Source of the DNA: Paraspadella gotoi
Taxonomy: Eukaryota > Animalia > Chaetognatha
Length of the DNA: 64,000 bases
NCBI GenBank assembly: GCA_051294375.1
Contig: CM119267.1
Coordinates: forward strand, 11,853,553-11,917,552
Direction: 5' to 3'
The notes beneath the pieces were generated by a model. That model searched no databases and was not told where the DNA came from. It saw only the letters and a list, made by a program, of their open reading frames with translations. This document shows, piece by piece, positions 13,783 to 37,306 of the stretch (positions within the stretch are counted from its first letter, which is position 1; each line of letters starts with the position of its first letter). The position numbers and the translations under genes are program-made.

Positions 13783-14698
13783 CTATCCGTCAGCCACTGA
13801 CCGATCCTCTCTGCACTCGGTCATGCATTCAAAGACTTGATTTGCGTTTTTAACGAATGCAAAATCCGCAAAAAATCCTTCTTTTAAAAAAATGAAATAT
13901 TTTTAAACCTTTAATTTTACGAAAAAGTTAATTCATAGCTCGAGTTCAAATTGTTAATTATTCGGTTTAATTGTCGTTGGTAGTGGTAAATTCAATTTCA
14001 AAATACTCTTCCCTTTTAATAATCAATGATTAAAGGTCAATGATTAAAGGACTTAAAAAAAGCAAAGGACAATGGAAGGACATAAGCGGTGAACGATGAA
14101 TGAACGTATCAGACTTCGAAGTTCATATGATGAGGAATTTTGTGCTTAAAAGAAGAGATAATTGGCGAAAAAGAAAATCAATATTACAAAATTTTAAAAA
14201 CGTTGATAATGATGCGGTGACTTAACTGCGAAGTCTTCATTTTAAAACGCAGTTTTTTTTCTCCCATAAACATTCCACAATTCCATGTCGAATCCGCAGC
14301 GAGATCCTAACAATGTCGCGACCTCAAAATCGATTCGTCGTCGTCGCAAGGACGAGGCGCCATGTTGACACATTGACAAGGCGACCTCGGGACGAAACCC
14401 CCCCCGGTCCCCCATCGGCGATTTCGACGGATTTAGTCGTCGGTTTCCGGACATTTTTAGTTTTTTTACGATTCAAACCTCGAGAGTTTTCCTTCGATCA
14501 GCTGATTCAACGCCGAGCAAAAGTTCTCCCGTTGCCGCCTCCACGGCCGCCGCCGCCGCCGCCGCCGCTGAGCCGCCTCCCTTTAGACCATCGCATCGAG
14601 ATCCTCTTCTTATCGGCGCTGGAAGCGTTTCGCGTGCTCGAGCGTAACATCGAGTGAGATGAGAGAGAGAGAGAGATTGCAGACAGGAGAGATGAGAG

Positions 14699-14732
<34 letters not shown>

Positions 14733-14851
14733 CGATGAAGAGAGAGAGAAGCCTCAGAGAAAATCTACAGGATGCAATGAGGCAAATAAAGGATATGAGA
14801 AAGAGAGAAGAAAAAGAAGATAAAAAAAGAAAAAAAAAAGAAAAAGAAGAA

Positions 14852-14907
<56 letters not shown>

Positions 14908-16093
14908 AAAGAAAGAAAGATTTAGAAGAAAAGAATAGAAAGAACAAAAAAATATTTCAGAAAGATAACAAACGAAGAAAGAAGTAAAAAACATGAAACG
15001 GAATGTTCAGAAAGAAAAGATATAATTTACCAACTATAAAAACAAAAACAACAAAGAAGAAAAAGCCGCTATAAGTATAAACTATAAAGATGTCATTTTT
15101 AGATATTTCGTTTTCGTTTTTCACAGTAATAATCAGGTTGTTTCGGGAGGCGACGACGAAGACAACGACGACGACGACGATGAACTTTTGAGCGTTGAAC
15201 AACTTTGTTCGTTTCGTCGGAGAAAATTATGACTAGACTGAGAGACCACAAAGAAGTTTTTAAAATAAAAAATTAGACAAGAAAATTGATTAAGATCGAA
15301 AAAGCAGACGGTGAAGACGTCTCGAAAAAAAAATAGAAACCTCGTCCCGAATTTTTCAGGAGAAACGGAAAAAACAAATTGGTTCGTCTCTCCGTTGTTC
15401 TTTTTTTTTTTTTATCGTTTCCTCCCTCCACTTGAGTTCGTTGAATTGATCGATAATTTCGATTTACCGACGATGAAGATCGATTAAATTTCTTCCTTTT
15501 CACGTTTGATTTTTAGATTAATTACGAGTTTCTTCGATAAATTATTAAAAGAGATAAAGTTAAAAAAAACAAAAAACGCTCGATGAATCCGTGTTAGTTG
15601 GAATTTGGTATTTAGGGAAGACGAGCGACATTCGCTTTACTGTTTTTGTTTTTGTCGGCTCCGCAGCTGCCGACGCTGCTGATGCTGATTTTTCTTCCGA
15701 AGTGCATTCATAAGAGTTTTTTTTCTTATTATTATTCCCTATATTCCCTATATACTCCATCACACAGTAACTGCTGTAGTGTAAGCCTTCGTCATGATAG
15801 AGAGTTGAAATTTTTACTGCATCATCCTTAGAAGGTGGGGCAACTAATAAGATCTTTTGGACGTTGATTGGCTCACTAGGATTCAGTCAATTGACGAAAA
15901 TGTGCCCAAGGTGTTCTTTTTTATCCTTTAGGCGATGGTAGCACTAAGGGTGTTGCACCAATTTTGACAAAAAGTAGTACAATATTATTTTTTTACCTCC
16001 CAACATATTTTCCTAGATGTAAATTAAGATCTGAAAACTTTTCAAATTTGGGTGAAACATCCTACCCCTCCACCTCCCTTCCACTTTCTCCAG

Positions 16094-27323
<11,230 letters not shown>

Positions 27324-27907
27324 AGGCCAGAGGCCAAGAGTAGATGCTGGTGGCCAAATTTTAGAGGCCTTGGAAAGAGAGAAGCAATTAAGCAATGTTC
27401 ACTCGCGCAGCCTTCAGAGTTACTCTTTATCCGCAATAGGAATTTGATTTAATTTAATTATTGCAACTTGTATTATTAATCCAATTATCTACACATCTAG
27501 TTTCAATTCATGACTTTTTTTTATACTTTCTGCAATTCTTATAATTTCTCCATGCTATCTTATTCTGTTTTCTAGCATTCCCAGTACACTTCTTAACGCC
27601 ATGTAGCGAATTTGTTTTGTATTCTGTTTTTATTAAACAAAAAATGATTTGGAATTTTTGAGATTCTTTGTATGCAAATACAATACGTAATTTATGACGA
27701 ATCGACGAATTTCTCTAATTGGAACGAAAATTGAGAAAAGAAACATAAATTGGAAATGTTTATGATGGCAACCTTAAAAGAAAAGTGCGTGACATAACAA
27801 TAAAATTTAATTAACCGCACGATTCTTTCAAAGTGAATTTTTATATCTACATAAAAGAAAGAGTTGAAGCTCGTAAATACAATATTAAGTCTTTTGTTTG
27901 TTAGTTT

Positions 27908-29115
27908 TTATCTCAGCGCCGCCGTCTCCGGTAGGAGTTCGTACGCGAGATCCCACCCTCGACCTATCATTGGCTCCTCGGCGACGAATCGGATTCTGAC
28001 GAAAGACGTCCTCGCTGGCGATAAGTAAATTTCTTGCCTCGGAATGGCGCCTGTGAATTATGAATGGGTATGCAATGGGCAATGGGTATGCAATGAATAG
28101 TTTACGTAATTAGGGCTATTTTAAATCTATGTGCCGCCAACTATCACACAGACGAATACCTTGATTCCATTGTTTCAAAGTCCTTACCTCTGGGACAGCA
28201 GACCTTCCGCGAGTGCTGCAAACGACGGTTGAGGTCAAACGAGGAGAATTCCAAGTAAGATTTCGTGCAAAAGTCATTCGGTTCTCCGCTCCACATCAGC
28301 ATTGAGTAGTCCTTCATCTTTACTCGAAGCTGCAGTAATAAAATCAGTAAACATCAACAAAATACAAACATCAATGTATCTCAAACGTTCTCACCATCCT
28401 GTGAATGCCGACGGTCACGTCCAAATAACATCCGGGATATCGCCGGGCCGTGATCTTTTGTTCAATTTGCTTTCCCCAGTCGAAACTTGGTGGAGAATAG
28501 TCGGGAGAGCAAACCGACCCTTTAGTCAAAAGAGCATCTGAGTCGAGATCTTCGAGACGGCGAATCGATGAACAAATATCGACGGAAGGATTGACGTCGT
28601 CTGAATAATAGATTGAAAAATGAAATAAAATAAGGGACAAAGAGAAGAAAGGAAGGAAAAAGGAATAAGGATTTAGTATATTTATGAATACATAGCGATG
28701 GATAAAACACGACTTTTTAAATACTGAATAAATTAATAATAATAAATAGATTATTACTTGACCATATTCACAGAGCGAAAAAAAATTAAAGAGCAAGTAA
28801 CTTGAATTTAACTTTTAAGATAAAACAACGACTGTTTCAGGATTTATCCAAAAAAGTCTCACCTCCGACGAGATTTCTCTCCTTCAAGAATCGAATTTTG
28901 TTCGGCGGGAGAATCGTCGTCAAATCCACCTCGCGACCATCTTGATAGACCCGGATGTGACGCTGCTGCTGCTGTTGCTGCTGTTGGTTTAGTTTTTCTA
29001 GATGTTGATACTGCGAAGTTCGCCGATGCGATTCCCATTGTGGCGACGGCGACGCCTTCAGAGTCGCCGAAAGAAAAATCACGTAGATGAATTCGACGAT
29101 CGATGAGAAACGCAT
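27908..29115 (-). CDS. Secreted single-CUB-domain protein (~250 aa)
   Basis: Exons 29115-28863, 28600-28395, 28329-28188, 28050-27908, all GT-AG and phase-consistent. Signal peptide MRFSSIVEFIYVIFLSATLKA, a polyQ pro-region, then CUB-like C...GSVCSPDY...YPGCYLDVTV...LRVKMKDY...FCTKSYLEF...KVCC...VRIRFVAEEPMIGRGWDLAYE. Confidence 0.8.
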
Positions 29116-29423
29116 GATGGGCGTTGATGGCGTAGCGTCGGTGGCGTGGATGACGTTGGGAATGATGGCGCTGAGAGACTTTGGCTGCGAATCGCGCCGG
29201 TGCTGGGTTTCGGTTCTGAATAAAAGGAACAAAGATTACATTTCTGTAATTATCTAACTTAAAGATATTAAACTAAAAACATTAATGTAAACCCTCCCGT
29301 TTATTGTTTTAATAATTTAACGAATTTCCGGTACAAGGAAGCGAAAAATAAATAGATGAGCGGAAAAATAAACATCCCACATCTGGTCAGAGAGAAAGAG
29401 AGAGAAAGAGAGAAAGAGAGAAA

Positions 29424-29529
<106 letters not shown>

Positions 29530-32500
29530 TTAAAGTGCTTTTGCTGAGTAATCTAAAAACTTTAAGAGGTTTCAACTTGTTATTATCTTCTTAGCCAAAT
29601 GTCAAGATGACTTTCACTTAAAATATCTAAACTAAAACATTGGCTGAAGAGAGTTTAAATGGAGTGAAGTTAAAATGGAGATGGACTCGGCAATGAAGGA
29701 AGGCAAAATAAGGAAGGCAAAATAAACTGCCCGATTCATGAACCGGAAATAAGTCGAAGAAACGAGTAACTCTCGAGGAACGGGATCAACAGATGAATTT
29801 CATCCCGAAAATACGTTTTTCCGAGGATGCGTAGCAGATGGCAGCATTGGTGAAATTTTTACAAAAGAGCGTGAATAGCGTGAGAAGAATTCACGTTAAG
29901 GTGGAATTTGTCTACGCAACCTCGTCATTTATCATTGCGTTTCTTTTTATTTTCACTGAGCTTTTTCAGTTTCCGATTTTAGTTTTGTTTTTGTTTTTAA
30001 TTTTTTTAACGTGCGGTGAAATCGTTCGATCTGTGTCACTTTTCAATTTTTTTTGGTTAAAAAAAAAGAAGAAGAAAATGAGAAGGAAGATTAATTTTTC
30101 CTCACTAGATACAAAATTATAACAAAAAACGAAACTACAAAGAAATCTTTTTAGCGATTCGTTTTTATGAATAGATCCTAATAATTTCTCCCCCCCCCCG
30201 TAAATTCTTTAAAAAATGCGCGGAAATGAAATTTGAAAAAGAGATTTTCAATCAACATTAAGTTCGCCGAAAGAATCTTTGGACATCTCCATTGTTTCCG
30301 TGGGTGAGGAAAAGGGGAGCGGTTACCCGATAAATCCAAGTCAAACGGTGGAGTTATGACGACGACGACAACAACAACGACAAGCAGCTCGCTGACAAGA
30401 TTCTGTAGAGAGGAGAGGGTCACCTCATTAAGTCGATAAGCAACGCATTCGGAAACGATCGGTTTCTCTCGTGATATCAAAAATTCAGAGTCAAGACGGA
30501 AAACCGAAAAACCGCAAAAGAAAATCGGTTTAAAAAATATGATTAAAACTGCGAGACGCGATGACTGAGCACTGAGCACTGAGCAGAGAGGGCGCAGGAA
30601 GGGTTTGGCTGGGGGAGAACTGCGGGTTGATGTGCTTCGTATTTTCCCACAAGTGTTGGGAGCCTCACATTGCAGACCGATTCGTAATTCCCAGACGAGA
30701 AAAAATCGCACCCCCTCGCGGGTTTTTGAAATTGACTTTATGGCAAAAAAAAAAAACCCAAAAAAAACAATAAAACAGCAAAACCTCCATGAGAAAATTA
30801 AATGAATACATAACAAAATTCAAATTTTGCCAAACCTCTAATGTAATCCAATGGATAAAAATTATAAACAAGATCGAGACTTAGATTTTGACGTCATGAT
30901 CCTCAAACCCCCCCCCCAAAAAAAAAGAGAAAACGAGTCTTAAAAAATGAGAATCCCCCTCCGCCCCCCCCCCCGCCTTGTCGAAAAAGTGAAATGGCGT
31001 CGATCACCACTTTTAGTTTTTAATCAACCTTTCGTCGTCGTCGTCGTCGTTGAGATATTATCTGACGAGAGAGACAGAGGATGGAAAGTCAAATTAGAGG
31101 GAAATAAAAAGTGATGTGGCTGAGGCTATTTCACAGCTATTTCCAGCTATTTCTTTAATTTCTTTAATTTTTGTAAAACACGTTGGAATAATAATAAATA
31201 AAAATAAAGCAATAAATAATAATATCAACAAATAATAATAATATCAACAAATAATAACAAATAACAACAAATAACATAGTAATTAATAATAAAGCAGGTT
31301 TTAAAAATACAATAAATGATTCATAAATTACGTTATAATGTTGTTAAATCTTAAAAATTGATGTTAATTTTTTGAAGGTAAGTTAAAAAATAATCATGTT
31401 CCCTCTCTCCTATCTTTGTCGTCAGTCTCTTGAGCATTGGTCAATCAGAAGACAAGACGGAGTTGCCAAGAGAGGCACGCTATTTTATAAATCAGATAGA
31501 TTCCCTTCAATATTATTAAATCATAAGTTAGTATTTTAATCATTACAGTTTTTAAAAAAATTAAAATTTAATAGTCAATCGCTATCGCGGCATTTAATCG
31601 AAAACTTTTTGGGAGATGAATCAACGGTGAAAAACTTCCGAGTGGCGAATTTAGATTTGAAGAAGAGACCCGATTCACTTCGAGCTTTTCACTCCTTTTT
31701 TTTCCCCTTTTTTCTCCTTTTTTCCTTTTTCTTTTGGCCAACGAAACGAAAACATAGCAAAGGAAATAAAAAAAGGGACGTAAAATTGCGAGCGAGGGAA
31801 AGTCTCGTTGTTGTGGTCGTCGTCGTCGTCTTCTTCTTCTTCGTCGTCGTGGTCATCGTCGCCTATTCTTTATCCTCCCTCTTATCGTCGTCGTCATCGT
31901 CTACATCATCTTCGTCCTTTTCTTATCGAATTCTTCGACGTCGCCGCCGCTTCTTTTATCATTGTTTTACGATTATCGTTGTTTTGATGGGCATTAAGAT
32001 CGCCGTTAGAGGCTCTTATCTCCTTTTTCGTCGTGATTACGGTCAGTGGGCCCGGGTCCGATAATGATGAACGTCTCTCGCTGCGCTTCTCTCTCTTTAT
32101 CTACGTATTTTATTACTCAACCCTAAACGTCCCAGAGCGTTGGCCGTTCGACACCCGATGTTCGTTTGTTTTTGGTTGTTTTGTTAATATATAGATCGAA
32201 TTCGATGCAGTTGAAAAGATCGACTTTCGAAGAGAATTGCAGATCGTTAGAAGATCAATGAGCTGGTAGATAAATACTGATGGGGAAAGATGTAGCTTCT
32301 AATCTTTTGCGGCTGGAGTTGATATAATTGAAACTTTTCTGTCACATAGAATCGATGACTGGCAACGAAAGCTTTTTTTCTTATCATAGCTTTTTGGTTT
32401 TTGCTTCAGATTCGCTTTGTTTTTTCAAGTTGAAAATCCGGACTTTGAAATTCACCACCGACCAAGAAAACGTTTCCAATCAAAATAAACTCATCAATTA

Positions 32501-32737
32501 TTTCTTTTTGAAAAAAAAATTTAGTAGAGGAAATATTTTTGTTGTGATTAAATATTTGAGATATGAACTAAGTTTGTATGGAATTTCCGAGTAAAAAAAT
32601 TCTGGATTAGAGGAAAAGGCGTTCGAGCTTAAAAAATAAGTTAAAATGGGTTTAAAAAACGAATTCCTTACAACAAAAGTGATGAGTTTATCGCTTTGTC
32701 TATTGATAGAAAGAAAAATATTCGAATTATCATAAAA

Positions 32738-32781
<44 letters not shown>

Positions 32782-33440
32782 GCTCAGTCTGGATATCGTA
32801 AAAAGTCGATATCGGCGTGATCATTTCTCGGTGACGTTTTATGTTGCCATCTGATAATGAAAATTTGGCAACCAAAGATGTAAAAATGAAAATCCAAGTT
32901 AAATTTAGCCAAAATTAAAATTTTAATCTCTAAGAAAAAATACTTTAGCCCATTCAGGCTTCTAGGACTGGAGCACAATATGAGTAATTGAGTATCTGCA
33001 TCGCGTATTTACAATCGTAATTTTATTTTGAATTTTGGAGAAAGAGAGAAAGAGAGGGAGAGAGAGGGAGAGTGAGGGAGAGAGAGAGAGAGAGAAAGCA
33101 TCGCTGATAGGCGAAACGTAAATAAAGAATAGACGAAATTAGCGTTTCTTTTTTATTTGTTTGTATTTCAAACCAATACGAGTAGTTCTGCCAGTTATTA
33201 AAACTTTCTTACTTTAAATATGAAATACATTAGCTTTTTTTTTTAAAAATGACTTTTAGATGTTTACCAGGTTATTCTTTCAAAAATTAATTTTTTTTTA
33301 TTTTTAAAATTTTAAACAATAACTGTGGGATTTGATATGCGAGGTTTTGTTTTTCGCTTTGGACCAAAGTTTAAAAGAGTTTCAGAAAATTTATTGATTG
33401 TCTATGAGAGAGAAAGTGAGCACTTTTAGGCGTTTTTACG

Positions 33441-33496
<56 letters not shown>

Positions 33497-34826
33497 CTAT
33501 CAAGATAACAAAAAATATTGAAAAAAACCGTTTCGAGATAAAAATTAGTGCAAAAATTGTTGCATTCAATACCAAAGATATGAAAGAATACATCCCTTTC
33601 ATTAAGGATCGAAGGGATCATTATTTCTTATCTAGTATTACATTATAAAACATAATACTCGCTACTTTATATTTAGTTCAAAAAATTGCAAAAAATGAGT
33701 CTGATAGCTGAGCTCGCGAATCTAAAATTTATCATCATCAGCTTCCAGAAAAAAAATATCGCTCGCGAAATAATGAGTGGATAAAATTCCCAAATGAGAT
33801 CATTAGGGAGAAAATTGGGCGTCGAAATCACGAAGAATCAAACACGATTTTTGCTCCAACCAAAAAAAGAAAAAAAGAAAAAAAAATACGTAAAACGAGA
33901 AGTTGTGAGACTCGGGAGAAAAAGCCAAGTTCGCGTAAGACGAGAAGGACGAGAGAGATGTTCGTTCTACTCGAATTTCCCATTCGTTAATTGGAATCGT
34001 CTGCCGCTAAAAACGCCTCGGCGCGAAAAGAAGGAAGCTGTAGTTACTTTTTTACTTCGGTTTACATTAAAACTTCCGTTCACATCACCCGTTTTTCTCA
34101 GGAGTTGGTGTAACAGAAGAAAATAGAAATCTTGTCCAAAAAAAAATATAAAAAAAACACTCATATTAAAAAAAAAACTTGGTGAATGATCATAAGCAGA
34201 AAACCAGAGGCGACGGTTGCACCAGCTTCTCTCGAACGAGGAACAAAAAGTCATAAGAAAAACAAAGACTCGATCTTTTTGTTTGATGTTTTGATGTTTC
34301 TTGTTGCGCAATGTTTCGCCATCAACATTCAACATCTTCCAATAAACCAGAATTTGTTTATATCGCGCGAAACGAAAACAACGGAGACGATGACGATGAC
34401 GACGGCGACGACCATTCTCGATGTTGTGTTAAAGTATCACGTCACGTGAATTCGTGATCCCTTTGCCGTGAGTCAGGTTCGCTCGATTTCTCTCCTCTTT
34501 TTAAAAAGAGGAGACAACTGTTGTGAACTCGAGAGTCAACTAATTATTACTGACAAACACACATCCTGAAATGCGTGAATGACTAAAAATGAAAACATAA
34601 CGACTCTATCTGCATTATCTATTGGCTTGTTACAAATTACGTCAAATAGAACAAGGAGGCTTTCAGATTAAATCAGTGCATGAGGGATTACCTAAGCTAA
34701 AAAAAAGTCGTAGTTAGATAAAAAAAAATGTTTTTTTTCCGTCGTGTTGGTTAACTTTTTTTTAAAGTGAGTTTTTACTGTTGTTTATTATTTTTTGTCA
34801 AGAGAAAAAAAGTTATGGGCGCCTTC

Positions 34827-34858
<32 letters not shown>

Positions 34859-35648
34859 CACCCCTCCCTCCCTCCCTCCCTCCCTCCCTCTCTCTCTCCC
34901 CTTTTTCTCCTCACATACTTCAAACTTTTCTTTTTATTTCTTGGTCTTCTCATCACAAATAAAACAACACCCGATGTATTTCAAAAATCTCATGTCAAGT
35001 TTGAATGGCAGATGCGAGTATGGACTGTGAGACGGTGAAACATCAAAAAAAAGGATAATCATCTAATCTATCAAACGTAATTATTCATGGAGAACGGGAG
35101 AAGACAGTTTACTCGGTTAAGGTTGTTCATAAGTGTTGGTAGCGAAGGAGAGTTTATGATACATTAAACAAAATTAATTAAAAAATAAATCTTAAAACGG
35201 AGAAAAATTCTTCTTTTTATTATCTACAAGTTATTTGTGGCCAAAGAGGCCAATTAAGCTAACAACGAATGTGAAAGATTTCGCTGTTTTTGATTAAATG
35301 AGTTGAGTAATGTTAGTCAGCATAATGATAAAAAGAATCTAATCAACTTTCTTTTTTCTTTTTTTACAATCTAGTCCCGAAAAGCAATGATAGGATTCCT
35401 GTATTGCAATGAAAATAAACGTATTAGTTTAGTGATACCGATACTTTAGTGATTCCCATACCCTAACCTCAATTTTAAACCAGGTGAAGCAAAGAGATAT
35501 TTTCTTCACCGACAGATAACAAACCAAAAATCCGGAAACACCAGACATCAATAATTGGGATTTTTTTCGCCATCAAGATCCACGGGATGAGCTATTCTGC
35601 TCATCGAACTCTCGACTAAACAACAACGACGACGAAACGACCTAACTA

Positions 35649-35705
35649 TTTTGGGGGTACAAATTAATTTTAGGGGTACAAATTAATTTTGGGGGTACAA
35701 ATTAA
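35649..35705. repeat. 19-bp tandem repeat x3
   Basis: Unit tttt(g/a)ggggtacaaattaa. Confidence 0.9.
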
Positions 35706-35976
35706 GTATTTAATGGTCCGTCGGTCTGTCTGATTTTCTTTTTTGAGCCTGAGGATATTTCGTTCAAAAGAGTAAGCTTCAATAGCAAAATTGATTAGTT
35801 ATAAAATTTACAATAATAAGCCCTAAAAAGCTTGCTAAATGTTTAAATAACAATGAAATATTTAAATTATTTTTACCCTCCTAGACTTATTAAATGCTTG
35901 AAGTCTTGGTTGTTGTTTCGTCGAAAGAAAAAGAAGAAACTCTGAGCATTAAACAAACGCAATGAAAAGTTGAATA

Positions 35977-36842
35977 ATTGTGACGACTTTTCCTCCCTTG
36001 ACTTGCATCTACGACTGCAACGGCAACGGCACCTGCGAAAAAGGCGCCGGCGTTAGCGGGTCCCGCGTGAGAACTCAGCGCCGACTCAGCGCCGACGCTG
36101 GAGTCGACGAAGTGGTGCGACCTCTCGGAGCGCGAGACTTGCGCGACGGCGGAAGTGTCGGGAACCGGATTTGTGGAGGGCGAGGGGTTGGAGTGTGGTC
36201 TGGAGAAAGCTAAAAAACTATGAAGGGAATCTTTTTTCCATTTTTTTCCATCTCCGTGTCCAATTCCGGCGCCGTCACTTTCGCCGCGGGCGCCGCCGGT
36301 TCCACGCCGCTGCCTTTCGTCGTCTTCAATGGAAAGTGCCACGAGTGCGTCCCCAATGACGCTGGAGACAGCGGCGTCAAGTGTAGCCGTGTATTTAAGT
36401 CCGCCTGCTTCGTGGATGACGTCTGCTACGACGCCGGTGCCGCTAATCCCGTCGACGGTTGTCTCGTCTGCGACCCCAAAGGTTAATAGAAACCTCGATT
36501 TGGAGATTTTAGAATTAGAAATATTTAACCTCGATCTTCAATCTTTATTCAGCGCGTCTCGATGACTGGACGTCATCCTGCGCCACCTTCTCCTTCCCCA
36601 TCATCACCGTCGTCCTCGTCGTCGTAGTTATCGTCGTCATCATCGTCGGCGTTCTCCTCATGATGCGAGAGAAGCGTCGACGGAAGCGCACCCTCGATCT
36701 CTGCTTCCGCGCGGGCAATCGTGACGGGAAATCGTCGACGAGCGACTCCGGAGACTTGGGTCTCTATGAGTTGACGATGAAGGAGGAAGGGGGCGTTGAT
36801 AACACTTACGCCTATGCATCTAACGCAGCGCTGGGGTTTTGA
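35977..36842 (+). pseudogene. Fragment of an invertebrate VWDE-like (vWF-D and EGF) type I membrane protein; frameshifted and 5'-truncated
   Basis: CIYDCNGNGTCEKG (half EGF), frame change to PTLESTKWCDLSERETCATAEVSGTGFVEGEGLEC, frame change to ISVSNSG...FVVFNGKCHEC...C...CFVDDVCYDAGAANPVDGCLVCDPK, intron 36482-36552, then DDW, TM IITVVLVVVVIVVIIVGVLLMM, basic stop-transfer and tail. No start or signal exon found. Confidence 0.6.
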
Positions 36843-37306
36843 GGGGCGAGGTTGTGTGGTCTCTGAATTGTAATAAATATTTCTTTAGTTTCATTTGCAT
36901 TTTAATTCTTATTGTTGCCGTATATTCTTTTTTATATCGTTTGAGTTACTTTTCTATAAAATTAAAATAGCTACAGTCATTACTTTAGTTTGTTTTTTCT
37001 GAATGAAAACATTTAATATCTAAGGCTAAGCAAAGGTTACTTCTAACTCGACCTTTTTTAAAACATAAACAAATAAAAATAAAAGACGAGTCGAAGATGT
37101 GTTTCAGGAAAACAAAAGAAAATCATTTACAGCCAGCGTCAACTGAATCACCAATCTAAGAAATACAAATCAAAATAAAACGTAATGAAGCATATAATGA
37201 ATTAATGGTGAAGATGATAATAATGGGGATGACATTAGCTAATAATGATAATTTGAAGTTAATTAAAATCAATGACCAACGACGACTTAAATTTTTCTAT
37301 GCGGTA

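Noticed and set aside
14240-14660. GC-rich block with short ORFs on both strands (and its copy at 6620-7060)
   Set aside because: No recognisable domain or consistent splice chain; may be UTR or regulatory sequence.
29600-35800. ~6 kb with many short ORFs
   Set aside because: Low-complexity non-coding sequence; no coding signal I can support.
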